Source: Deltaproteobacteria bacterium
GTDB lineage: Bacteria > Myxococcota_A > UBA9042
Reading direction: 5' to 3'
DNA: 62,129 nt
Assembly: GCA_016218865.1 (NCBI GenBank)
Contig: JACRCU010000230.1
Coordinates: 1 to 62,129 of the forward strand
The notes under the pieces are model-generated. The model had not been told where the DNA came from. It did not search any database and worked only from the letters and a program-made list of their open reading frames with translations. A program made the position numbers and the translations under genes. Each line of letters begins with the position of its first letter. Position 1 is the stretch's first letter. Shown piece by piece: positions 37,081 to 46,095 of this stretch.

Positions 37081-37235
37081 GGCACCCCACCTGACTCGCG
37101 CGGGACCGGCTTTCCGGAGCCGATTGACAACTGGCGAGAATCAGGCGGGTACCCCGGTCCGGGCCGGGAATATTGCCGAGGTTTCCGATCCGAATTGGGC
37201 GGATTTGGTAGGAGATCCCGCCCCACGACCAGGTT
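37081..37235 (+). promoter_or_regulatory. Candidate structured 5' leader / cis-regulatory RNA, copy 1
   Basis: It fills the grxD-SCP2 spacer. 37082-37141 is 54/60 identical to the reverse complement of 49381-49440, with further conserved islands downstream. Helices can be drawn that are supported by the substitutions between the copies (see findings). Confidence 0.35.
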
Positions 37236-37241
37236 CTTGCC

Positions 37242-37862
37242 GTGACCGACTACTTCGAGCTTTCGCGTACCACGCGCCCGGCCGACTGGTTCGAGCGCAT
37301 CCTGCCCTCGCTGCCGCTGCGGTTGCCGGACACGAGCCTGGACTACTGGTCGGTGTACCACGTGGACGGCGTGGGCAGTTGGTCGGTGGGGCTGCAGGGC
37401 GGCAAGGTGGCGGTCAGGAAGGGCGTGGCCGAGCCCGTCGGTGTACAAATCCGTATGACCGCTGGTCATTTTCGCGAGGCCATGTTTGGCGCCGTTCGCG
37501 ATCGCCTGGCCGAAGTGCTGACGCGCCTGGGCAAACCGCGGGCGCTGCCGGATCTGGCGCGGCTGGCCATCGATCCCAGGCAGGTGGCGGCGACCGTGGC
37601 CGTGGGCGGTCATCTCGCCGTGGTGTTGCGCGACCGCGCCATGGGCGACGAGTACCAGTTCGCCATCACCATCGGCGGCGAACCCGCGGGACCGCCGACC
37701 ACCACCATCGTCGCCGACTTGGACGACCTGGTGACGCTGGCCGCGGCGCGCACGCCGCCACACAAGCTGCTCACGGGCGGCAAGCTTCGCATCAGCGGCG
37801 ACCTGGACCGGCCGGCGAAATTGCTTACGGCCCTGCTGGCGGCCGCCAAACCCACCGCCTGA
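37242..37862 (+). CDS. SCP2 (sterol/lipid carrier) domain-containing protein
   Basis: 206-aa ORF with a GTG start. The C-terminal '..LLTGGKLRISGDLDRPAKLLTALL' matches the SCP2 'G.l.i.Gd...a.kl' signature. Confidence 0.65.
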   Translation: MTDYFELSRTTRPADWFERILPSLPLRLPDTSLDYWSVYHVDGVGSWSVGLQGGKVAVRKGVAEPVGVQIRMTAGHFREAMFGAVRDRLAEVLTRLGKPRALPDLARLAIDPRQVAATVAVGGHLAVVLRDRAMGDEYQFAITIGGEPAGPPTTTIVADLDDLVTLAAARTPPHKLLTGGKLRISGDLDRPAKLLTALLAAAKPTA

Positions 37863-37935
37863 GGGCGACCGCGGCGCCGATGTGCCTTGACGCCGCGGCG
37901 GCGCGTGCTTGCATGCTGGGCTGCCAGGAGGCCCC

Positions 37936-39804
37936 ATGAGCACCCAGTACCTCGACGAAGACGAAGACGACCTGGACGATCGCGAATTCGGGCCGGAAAC
38001 CGACCACAGCGCCAGCCGTTACGCGCCACAAATCGGCCCGGCTTGGGATCCGTACGAAAGTCGACCCGCAGAGCGCCAGCAGGTGCTGTTGCCGCTGCTG
38101 TCGGCCGAGCACACCAACCTGCACCACGTGCCAACCGAGCTGCAGGGGGGCAACGCCGCCAGCAAGTTGGAGTACCTGCTGAACTTGCCGCGCCCCGCCG
38201 AGGTGGTCACGGCGCTGGCGCCCGAAGAATTCGTGTTCCTGGTCACCGAGATCGGCAAAAGCGACGCCGCCGAACTGCTGGCTCTGGCCTCGCCGCGGCA
38301 GCTGCAGGCGTGCCTGGACCTGGATGCCTGGCACGACGACACGTTGGACCTGGACCGCATGCTGCACTGGCTGGCGGTGGCGCGCAGCGAGGGCACCGAA
38401 GTGCTGGACCGCATGGTCGCCGCCCAAGAAGACGGCCTGCTGTGCCTGGCCCTGGGGCAAGTGGTCAAGGCCGTGCCGATCCACGAGGACACCGAGAACG
38501 AGGTGCCCGACGACGTCGAGACCTTCGACTCGCCGGACGGGAGCTACCGCCTGTGGGGCGAGCTGGACAGCCCCAGCATGGACGGGCTGCGCGCGCTGGT
38601 GCAATCGCTCTACCGAATCGACGTGTTGCGCGGTCGCGCCGTGCTGCGGGCCCTGAGTTCCGAACTGCCGAGTCAGCTCGAAGATGACCTGGTGGCGCTG
38701 CGCAACGCCCGCCTGGCGGACCTGGGCATGGTCGGCCGCGACGAGGCCTTGGAAATCTACGCCTACCGCGACCCCAACGCCTTTGCCACCGAGCTGCGCG
38801 AGCAATGGCGCGGCACCGCCGTGACCGAGGACCTGAGCCTTTTGCAGCGCAGCCCGCAGCCGTACCTGCCGCTGGAGGAGCAGGCGCGCCTGGGTCTGGC
38901 GCTGCGCGACCGCGATGCCGAGGGGAGCTTCCTGGGTGCCGTGTACGCGCGGCTGCCGAGTCATGTGCAAGAGCGTGTTCAGACTGGACTTCTGCACCTG
39001 GCCTACCGGGTCCAGTGCGCCCGGGCCGAGACGGCCGCCGCCGTCGACGAGCTGCCGCGCTGGTCGCGCCACGCCCTGCGGACCGTGGCGATGGGCCTGC
39101 AGCACCTGTGCGACGACGATCTGGACTACGCCGCCCTGCTGTTGGCCCACGTGCCGGCCGTCGAGCTGTTCCGCGCCGGCCACTCGCTGGTGGTCATCGA
39201 GGTTCACCGCGCCCGGCGGCTGCGCAGCAGTCTGGGCGGTGCCGCGGGCCTGGCCCTGCTGGAACCGGCAGACGCGCGCCTGGTGGCGTCGCTGCTGGCC
39301 CGCCACCCGGCCCACGCGGTCGGCGAACTGCAGCGGCCCTTCGAGACCCTGGCCGAGCTGGCCGCCGTGCGCCTGCGCCTGCGGGCCCTGACGGCGCGGG
39401 TAACCTGGATGGCCAAGCTGGCGTCGGGCGACCTGCAGGCGCTGCTGGCGGCGCTGCCCGCCAAGGATCGTCCGCGGTTGCAGGCGCTGTTCAATACCGC
39501 GCTGGCCTGGCAGGTGGTGGCAGGCCGGCCGCAGCTGCAGCCCATGACGGGCTTGGATCTGCGCGAATTCTTGGGGCGCGCCTTTGCCGCCGGCCGGCTG
39601 GCCGAAGAGTTGCGCGCCGCAGTGACCGCCGCTGTCTTGGCCGACATCGAGCTGACCGACGAAGTGGCGACCGCGCTGGCCGAATTCGTCGACGAGAGCT
39701 TGGATCGGCTGGCCGAAGACCTGGGTGGCCTGGCCGGTGCCGAGCAGGTCGACGTCCGCTTCGTCGGCGACGCCCTGTGGGTGACCAGCGAACTCCCGAG
39801 CTGA
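37936..39804 (+). CDS. Hypothetical protein with acidic N-terminus (DUF-type, function unknown)
   Basis: ATG 37936 preceded by AGGAGG, inside ORF 37909..39804. Leu/Ala/Asp-rich helical protein ('..FVFLVTEIGKSDAAELLALASPRQLQACLDLDAWHDD..'). No catalytic motif recognised. Confidence 0.65.
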   Translation: MSTQYLDEDEDDLDDREFGPETDHSASRYAPQIGPAWDPYESRPAERQQVLLPLLSAEHTNLHHVPTELQGGNAASKLEYLLNLPRPAEVVTALAPEEFVFLVTEIGKSDAAELLALASPRQLQACLDLDAWHDDTLDLDRMLHWLAVARSEGTEVLDRMVAAQEDGLLCLALGQVVKAVPIHEDTENEVPDDVETFDSPDGSYRLWGELDSPSMDGLRALVQSLYRIDVLRGRAVLRALSSELPSQLEDDLVALRNARLADLGMVGRDEALEIYAYRDPNAFATELREQWRGTAVTEDLSLLQRSPQPYLPLEEQARLGLALRDRDAEGSFLGAVYARLPSHVQERVQTGLLHLAYRVQCARAETAAAVDELPRWSRHALRTVAMGLQHLCDDDLDYAALLLAHVPAVELFRAGHSLVVIEVHRARRLRSSLGGAAGLALLEPADARLVASLLARHPAHAVGELQRPFETLAELAAVRLRLRALTARVTWMAKLASGDLQALLAALPAKDRPRLQALFNTALAWQVVAGRPQLQPMTGLDLREFLGRAFAAGRLAEELRAAVTAAVLADIELTDEVATALAEFVDESLDRLAEDLGGLAGAEQVDVRFVGDALWVTSELPS

Positions 39805-39925
39805 ACGCCGGGGCGACACCAGTCAACTTATTGATGTTGCACGCAATCCCCGTTCGCTTGAAAGTGCCGCGGCTGCGACGCACACTTAGGGGCATACTGA
39901 GCCTGGTCTTGGTCGGCAGATCACC

Positions 39926-40879
39926 ATGCAGCCGCACCCGCAGCACCCCACGGAACCGCCTGTCCTTCCAGCCCGAGCACCGCACCGCCTGCGCGCCTGG
40001 CCGCGGCTGCTGCTGCTCGTGGCGGTGGCCGCTGCCACGCTCTACTGCTCGGGCGCCCCACAGCGCCGCAGTTCGCGCACCTTGGTGACCGTCAGCGGTG
40101 GCTACGCCCAGGCCATACAGAACCACTACGGCTGCGGCGGCGAATTGATCAGCAGCGAGACCCAGTTGCAGGCCGGCGGCAGTGCCGAGGTGGTCCACGA
40201 AAACGAGGTCGGCTGGATGGCCGGCGTCGAGGTCGGCGCCCAGCGCAGTGAGGTGCAAGAGGTCCGCAATTCCGGCCAGATAGCCATGGAGGGCACCAGC
40301 GAACGCCCGCTAGCTACCTACTGGCAGCGCGCCGCCACCGTCCGCCTGGGCTGGGATCTCCACTACTTCGGCTTCGACGGCGGGGCCAGCTTCTACACCC
40401 AGGGCGGCGCCATCAGCCCGTACTTGGCCATTCGCGGCGGCTCGGTTCGCAGCGGCTTCTACGCCGAGTTGCAGGGCGGTTCGCGCCACCCGCTCTGGGA
40501 TTCCACCTTGGTCAGCGCCGGCGTGCACTTCCGCGACGAGCGCTTCCGCGCCGGGCTGTCCCTGGCCTCGACCGCGCGGCGCATGCTCACCCACCGCGTC
40601 AACGGCGGCCAATTGCGAACCGAAGGCTACCAGTGGGGTTCTGTGCTCAACGGCGGCGACCCGGCGGTGATCGGCTACGCCGAGGTCTGGCCGCAGAGCA
40701 ACGCGGCGATCCGCTTCACTGGCGTGGGTGCCGAGACCTGGGGCGCCACGATCAGCTTGATCCTGGGCCTGGGCGGCGACCCGGAGCCCGAAGAGCCCGA
40801 GTGGCGCGGACGCGCAACGCCCCTGCCCGATGCGCCGCCGGAGCCGCTGCCCCCCGAAGCGACGCCGGCCGGGCGCTGA
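39926..40879 (+). CDS. Hypothetical envelope protein (possible lipoprotein / small beta-barrel)
   Basis: Signal-like 'RLLLLVAVAAATLYC'. The body has Gly/aromatic alternating strands and the tail is Pro/Glu-rich. Confidence 0.55.
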   Translation: MQPHPQHPTEPPVLPARAPHRLRAWPRLLLLVAVAAATLYCSGAPQRRSSRTLVTVSGGYAQAIQNHYGCGGELISSETQLQAGGSAEVVHENEVGWMAGVEVGAQRSEVQEVRNSGQIAMEGTSERPLATYWQRAATVRLGWDLHYFGFDGGASFYTQGGAISPYLAIRGGSVRSGFYAELQGGSRHPLWDSTLVSAGVHFRDERFRAGLSLASTARRMLTHRVNGGQLRTEGYQWGSVLNGGDPAVIGYAEVWPQSNAAIRFTGVGAETWGATISLILGLGGDPEPEEPEWRGRATPLPDAPPEPLPPEATPAGR

Positions 40880-40892
40880 TCCTCAGGGTCGA

Positions 40893-41864
40893 TCAGGCGT
40901 TGGCGAAGTCTTGGAACAGGATGCTGGACAGGTAGCGCTCGCCGGCGTCGGGCAGCACGGTCACGATGCGCTTGCCAGCATTCTCTGGGCGGCGGGCCAG
41001 CTTGAGGGCCGCGGCCACGTTGGCGCCGCAGCTGATGCCGGCGGTGATGCCCTCTTCGCGGTGCAGGCGGCGCGCCATCTCCACCGCTTCGTCGTTGGTG
41101 ACGGTGATGATCTCGTCGACTAGGTCGAGGTCGAGGACGTCGGGCTTGAAGCCGGCGCCGATGCCCTGGATCTTGTGAGGACCCGGCTTGGGCGGCAGAC
41201 CCGCCTTGATCGCCGTGAGGACCGGCGAATCGGCCGGCTCGACGGCGATCGACTTGACGTTCAAGCCCTTGGCCTGCTTGAGGTAGCGCGACACGCCGGT
41301 GATGGTGCCGCCCGTGCCCACGCCAGCGACGAAGAAGTCTATCTGGCCATCGGTATCTTCGAAGATCTCGGGGCCGGTGGTATCGAAGTGGATTTGCGGA
41401 TTGGCCGGATTCTTGAACTGCTGTGGCATGTAGTAGCGCTCGGGGTCCGAGGCGGCGATCTCCTCGGCCTTGGCGATGGCGCCAGGCATGCCGCGCGGCC
41501 CTTCGGTCAGCACCAGCTGGGCGCCGAAGGCCAGCAGCATCCGCCGCCGCTCCAGGCTCATGGTCTCGGGCATGGTCAGGATCAGCGGATAGCCGCGCGC
41601 CGCCGCGACAAACGCCAGCGCAATACCGGTGTTGCCGCTGGTCGGCTCGACGATGGTGACCGCGCGCGACCCCGGCACCAGCTTGCCGGCGCGCTCGGCG
41701 GCCCAGATCATGGCCGCGCCGATGCGACACTTGACCGAATAGGCGGGGTTGCGGCCCTCGACTTTGACGACGACCTCGGCACCAGTGCCGGCGGACAGGC
41801 GATGCAAGCGCACCAGCGGGGTGCGACCGATGCTGAGGCTGTTGTCGTCGAAAATGCGGGCCAT
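40893..41864 (-). CDS. cysK: Cysteine synthase A (O-acetylserine sulfhydrylase)
   Basis: '[76 protein letters not shown]'. ATG 41864 with GGAG upstream, inside ORF 40893..42029. Confidence 0.95.
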   Translation of the reverse strand: MARIFDDNSLSIGRTPLVRLHRLSAGTGAEVVVKVEGRNPAYSVKCRIGAAMIWAAERAGKLVPGSRAVTIVEPTSGNTGIALAFVAAARGYPLILTMPETMSLERRRMLLAFGAQLVLTEGPRGMPGAIAKAEEIAASDPERYYMPQQFKNPANPQIHFDTTGPEIFEDTDGQIDFFVAGVGTGGTITGVSRYLKQAKGLNVKSIAVEPADSPVLTAIKAGLPPKPGPHKIQGIGAGFKPDVLDLDLVDEIITVTNDEAVEMARRLHREEGITAGISCGANVAAALKLARRPENAGKRIVTVLPDAGERYLSSILFQDFANA

Positions 41865-42000
41865 GCTGGACTCCAAAAGGGGTGAAAAGTGGGCGGCGGC
41901 CTGGGCCGGGTCCGCGCGCCGTTGTTTGGCTCGGCGCACCATAACCCAAGTGCTCGCAAACGAGAAGTCAACCGCGGGCACTCGCCGCGGCTCGCCGCCC

Positions 42001-42029
42001 ATCGTGCCGAATGCGGCCCACCTTGTCAA
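42001..42029 (-). promoter_or_regulatory. Possible sigma-70-type promoter for cysK
   Basis: On the minus strand: TTGACA (42029-42024), a 17-nt spacer, then CACGAT (42006-42001). It lies about 135 nt upstream of the cysK ATG. This is a sequence match only. Confidence 0.3.
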
Positions 42030-42111
42030 TCCCTATCGGAAAACTAGGCATACAACATCACTGCGAATATATTTGCGTTTTCAGCTCGGTCGGATTTTCC
42101 GTTCGCGCGGA

Positions 42112-43605
42112 TCAGCCGCCCAGCGCCCCCAGCCGGGCCAGCGCTTGCAGGTCGGGGTCGCTGCGGTAGGCCACGTGGAGGGCGCGGGTGGTGTCGGCCG
42201 GAGTAATGGAGCTGCGACCGGCGCGATCGGCAAGGTCGCCCGCCAGGGCCTCGGCCACCAGCAGCCGCCGCACCAGCTGGCCCAAGCCGGCATCCAGATG
42301 CCCCAGCGCCACCTGCACCGGCAGGTCGTTGGCGACGATGTCGTGCAAGTGCCGCGCCGCCATCGGTTCCAGGGTGAGCGGGCGCCCGCCGCGCCCCGCC
42401 ATCTGCGCGCGCAGTCCGCGGGCCAGGTCTTGCAGGCGGCGGGCGTCGCTGCGCTCACCGCGCTGGTGCAAGGCCGCGGCGCGTTCGTCCAACTGGGCCA
42501 CGTAGGCCTGCAAATCGGCAAGATCGTACATCTCTTCTGGCGCGTGCAGGGCTTGGACCAGCTCATCCAGGCGGGTCGGCTGGACCAATTCCGGCCCCTC
42601 GGCCAGCTCGCTGCTGCGCTGGTCGATGGCGGCCTGGGCGCGGCGCAACACCGCAGCCAGCCAGCCCTTGGCGTCGGCTTGGTCGGGCTCCAGGGCGAAG
42701 AACTCGTCGCACAAGCTCCACCACGCGCCTTGCGGCACCGGCAGACCGGCCGTCCACTCAAAGGGCAAGGCCGCCCGGACCGGCGCCGCGCCTTCGGCCA
42801 GCAGCGTGCGCACTTCGCCGTCCCGGCCCGGCCAGGGTTCGGCCGCATCGCGGGCCTTGTCGTAGCCGTCGCACGCCAGAAGCAGCGAGACGTGCACACC
42901 GCGCGGACTGCGGTGCAAGCGCAGCGGAAACAGGCGGCATGCCATGGGTTTGGCGGCGCTGCCGTGCTCGCGGTGGATGTCGCACAAGCGATCGTCGCCC
43001 TGGGCCTGGCAGCGTCCGTCGCTGCCGCGCGCCATGCCAACATGGGTGACGCCGGCCACTTCCACGGTCTCGAAGAGCTCGGTGGCGGCAATGTCGCCGC
43101 CCGGCCCCAGTCGCACCACGTGATCGGCGTGGCCGGGGTGTTTGCGGACGCGCGAGCCGAAGCGCAGGCTGGCCACCCGCCGCTGGTCGGCCGGCGTCAG
43201 CGGCCCCAAGAAGGTCGCGCCGCAGCACGTTCCGGTGCCGACGCAGGCGTGTTGCGGCGGATGCTTGCCCTGCGGCCACAGCAGCGGCTCGTCGGCGGCG
43301 GGGTGGTGGCACTGACGGGCAAACGCTTCGCGCTCGACCTGCAGCTTGAGCCGCGCCTGGGCGCGCTTGCCTTGGACCAAGTACATGCGGGCCAAGCCGT
43401 GGATGCGGCTGGTCAATTCCTCGGCCTGCAACTCGGTCTTGCGGGCCAGCGCGGCGATCGAGCCGCCTTGCGCCAGGGCCCGCACCACCCGCGCATCCAC
43501 CTCGCCCAGGCGCACCCGCCGCGACAGCAACGGATCGACGGCGAACCACTCGCCGGTCGGCGCGCGCTCCAGGCGCACATCACCCCGCAAGCGGTAGACC
43601 GACAT
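42112..43605 (-). CDS. YkgJ/UPF0153-like Cys-cluster protein (extended)
   Basis: 497-aa ORF with AGGAGAAG upstream of ATG 43605. 'HACVGTGTCCG' and 'GRCQAQGDDRLCDIHREHGSAAKPMACRLFP' resemble the CxxCGxCC ... C.IY..RP..CR.FP zinc/iron-chelating motif. Confidence 0.6.
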   Translation of the reverse strand: MSVYRLRGDVRLERAPTGEWFAVDPLLSRRVRLGEVDARVVRALAQGGSIAALARKTELQAEELTSRIHGLARMYLVQGKRAQARLKLQVEREAFARQCHHPAADEPLLWPQGKHPPQHACVGTGTCCGATFLGPLTPADQRRVASLRFGSRVRKHPGHADHVVRLGPGGDIAATELFETVEVAGVTHVGMARGSDGRCQAQGDDRLCDIHREHGSAAKPMACRLFPLRLHRSPRGVHVSLLLACDGYDKARDAAEPWPGRDGEVRTLLAEGAAPVRAALPFEWTAGLPVPQGAWWSLCDEFFALEPDQADAKGWLAAVLRRAQAAIDQRSSELAEGPELVQPTRLDELVQALHAPEEMYDLADLQAYVAQLDERAAALHQRGERSDARRLQDLARGLRAQMAGRGGRPLTLEPMAARHLHDIVANDLPVQVALGHLDAGLGQLVRRLLVAEALAGDLADRAGRSSITPADTTRALHVAYRSDPDLQALARLGALGG

Positions 43606-43752
43606 CGGCTGCTTCTCCTGATTCAGGGCCCGCTTGGCGCGCGACCGCCCTGGAGATCCCTGGGGCAGCGGGCCAACACCCGCGGCGCCGGGCCGGGCGG
43701 CGGTTCCCAGGGATCGTGCACTTGCGTCGCACCGGCGGACGCCCGGGCGGTG

Positions 43753-44526
43753 CTATACCTTGCTCTTGTCGCCAATGTCCACGCCAATGTCGGGAATGGC
43801 GAAGTCGTCGTCGCTGAGGCTGGGCGCCTTGAGCGCGGGCGTCGAGGCCGGCGGAACCAGGCCCATCTTGGCCTTGAGCGCCAGCAGAGCGTCCGTCGGA
43901 CCCTTGGTCTGCTCCAGCTTCTTGAAGCGATCTTCCAGGCTGGCGCCCGAGATGTCCGCGGACAGCTCGCCCGCCGCCGCCGCCTCGGCCTCCATCTGGT
44001 CGACCTTCTCGCTCATGCGGCCAAAGGCGTCGAAGGCCGAGTTGTCGTTCAGGCCGGCCATGGTGTTCTGGATGGTCTTTTGCGCCTCGGCGCGCTTGGC
44101 GCGGGCGATCATCAAGTCCTTCTTGCGCTTGGCCTCGTCGATCTTCTCGTTGAGCTGGACCAGCGAGGCGCGCAGCTGCTCGGCGGCGGCCTTCTGCTGC
44201 TGCCACTGGCCCTTCCACTGCTCGGCGAGCTGGGCTTCGCTCTGCTGGCGGCTCAGCGCCTCTTGCGCCAGACCGTCGTCGCCGGCCTGCACGGCGAGCA
44301 TGGCCTTGCGCTCCCACTCGGCGGAGTTCTGCTGAGCCGTCAGCATCTTGGCGTACAGCCGCTTCTCGTCGGCGATGGCCACGGCGACCATCTTCTTGGC
44401 CTCGATGAACTGGTCGCGCATGTCGATCAGCAGTTGGTTCAGGATCTTCTCGGGGTCCTCGGCCGCGCTGACCATGGAGTTGATGTTCGAGCGCAGCAAG
44501 AGGCCGATGCGGTCAAAGATGCTCAT
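43753..44526 (-). CDS. pspA: PspA/IM30 family membrane-remodelling protein
   Basis: 'MSIFDRIGLLLRSNINSMVSAAEDPEKILNQLLIDMRDQ..' followed by long coiled coil. AAGGAAAG lies upstream of ATG 44526, inside ORF 43753..44895. Confidence 0.9.
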   Translation of the reverse strand: MSIFDRIGLLLRSNINSMVSAAEDPEKILNQLLIDMRDQFIEAKKMVAVAIADEKRLYAKMLTAQQNSAEWERKAMLAVQAGDDGLAQEALSRQQSEAQLAEQWKGQWQQQKAAAEQLRASLVQLNEKIDEAKRKKDLMIARAKRAEAQKTIQNTMAGLNDNSAFDAFGRMSEKVDQMEAEAAAAGELSADISGASLEDRFKKLEQTKGPTDALLALKAKMGLVPPASTPALKAPSLSDDDFAIPDIGVDIGDKSKV

Positions 44527-44591
44527 GATACTTTCCTTGTGGCGTAGACGTGTAGCGTAGAGTTTGCCGGGGGTTGCAGGTGGCGCCCGTT

Positions 44592-44993
44592 TCAGTCCTT
44601 CAGCAGACCGAGGAGCTCGTCGCGGTGATCGGTGATCGCCTGGCTCAGCGAGTCGATGGCGGCGAGGAACTCGTTGTGATCCAAGTTCTCGAGCTGCATG
44701 ACCTCGACGGCGACAACGGAGCTGCCTTCCAGGGCGTAGGCCCCCTGCAGCATGTCGGTGGCGTTGAACTGCAGCAGCCGCCCGTACAGCGCGGCGCGCT
44801 TGCTGTCGCTCAGCCCGGCGGGGACTTCGGCCAACTTGACCCGGAAGACCACGAGCGGGTCGGACACGTGCACCACGATTTGTGCGCCACCCCACGCCAA
44901 GTCGTGCAGCACCCAGGTGCTCGGGCCGGCTTGCTCCGAGGGGATCTCGCTAGAAATTACGTAGTTCTCAAAGTCTTCCAACGTTCGCGCCAT
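44592..44993 (-). CDS. YbjN-like / T3SS-chaperone-like small protein
   Basis: 133 aa from ATG 44993. '..LYGRLLQFNATDMLQGAYALEGSSVVAVEVMQLENLDHNEFLAAIDSL' fits the YbjN/CesT-like pattern. It lies directly upstream of pspA. Confidence 0.6.
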   Translation of the reverse strand: MARTLEDFENYVISSEIPSEQAGPSTWVLHDLAWGGAQIVVHVSDPLVVFRVKLAEVPAGLSDSKRAALYGRLLQFNATDMLQGAYALEGSSVVAVEVMQLENLDHNEFLAAIDSLSQAITDHRDELLGLLKD

Positions 44994-45207
44994 GCTGGGG
45001 CCCCAACGCAGCTGCACCGCGCAGCCAAATTTCCGTCTGCAGCCGGCGGCGAAGACCACCAAGGCTCCGCCCGTGCCGCTGCCTCTGCGGCGAGTGTAGG
45101 GGCGCGCTGGCCGTTTCGCAACCATGCCTTGCCACCCGAACTTGCTGCGCGCGAGCCGCCGCAGTAGCCTGCTGGACCCGCCGCACACATGGCGCGGGGC
45201 AGAGGCG

Positions 45208-46077
45208 ATGGCAATGGGCAAGGCAGCTACCGCGACCGGCAACACCACGGGCACGGCGATCGCCGGCTGGCTTTGTGCGGCGATTTTGGCCGGTTGTCAG
45301 GTCACGCCGCCGCCGCCGCCGGGTCCGGTGCCGCTGGCGCAAGTGCTGGCCGCGGTCGAGCGGGAGAACAAGGCGTTCGAGGATCTGCATGCCACCGGCC
45401 CGGCCTCGGCCCAGGCGCTGGGGGCCCTGAACGGCAAGCTGCAGTCGATCGGCTACTTCCGCCGGGTGCCGGCCCAGCCGACGACGGAGCTGTTGCAGAG
45501 CGCGCTGCGGCGGCTGGCCGCGCAAAAGGGCTTGGCGATCAAGTCTATCGACGTCCAGATGCCGGCTGAGCGGCCGGTGCCGCCGTCGCAGAAGCTGGCG
45601 CCCGGTCAGCGCTGGGAGCCGCAGCTCGACGACCTCCGCGGGGTGTTGCAGTTGCGGGTGGATCTGGTCGGTGCGCCCAAGGACATCGCCGCCTACATCG
45701 ACTCGCTGCCCGAGCAGGTCGACCGGTTGGTGGTCGTCACCGAGCGCGAGGCCTTCAGCAACGGGGCAATCCTGAAGCTAGAGGCCTACTTCGAGCGGCA
45801 GCTGCCGGCGCCCGAGGTCCAGCTGGCCTGGCCGACGCTGGCCGAGCGGCTGCGGGCGGCGGGCTACGCCGACGGCGATCCGGCGGTGCTGGCCGCGCCG
45901 GAGTACGCCAAGCTGAAGGCCCAGGTCGAACTGGGCCAGAAGCGGCTGCCCGACGTGCGGCGCCTGGTGCAGATCAGCGCCGACTTTCCGCGCTGGCTGC
46001 TGCGCTGGCAGTTCTTCGAGGAGCGCGGCCGCGCCGAAACCGCCGTACACGGCAGCCAGGTGATGGACCTGAAGTAG
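45208..46077 (+). CDS. Hypothetical lipoprotein
   Basis: ATG 45208 inside ORF 45124..46077. Lipobox 'AILAGC' followed by a poly-Pro linker. No family recognised. Confidence 0.6.
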   Translation: MAMGKAATATGNTTGTAIAGWLCAAILAGCQVTPPPPPGPVPLAQVLAAVERENKAFEDLHATGPASAQALGALNGKLQSIGYFRRVPAQPTTELLQSALRRLAAQKGLAIKSIDVQMPAERPVPPSQKLAPGQRWEPQLDDLRGVLQLRVDLVGAPKDIAAYIDSLPEQVDRLVVVTEREAFSNGAILKLEAYFERQLPAPEVQLAWPTLAERLRAAGYADGDPAVLAAPEYAKLKAQVELGQKRLPDVRRLVQISADFPRWLLRWQFFEERGRAETAVHGSQVMDLK

Positions 46078-46095
46078 CTGCCCTGGAATGCGCAA

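Noticed and set aside
37126-37150. Leader element as a ZTP (pfl) riboswitch, because 'ACTGGCGAGAA' resembles the conserved GACUGGCG segment
   Set aside because: The obligatory 3' pseudoknot partner (CCGCCUGGGC-like) is missing in both copies. The downstream genes are also not purine or folate genes. I likewise found no convincing match to c-di-GMP-I/II, guanidine-I, SAH, cobalamin or TPP signatures as I remember them.
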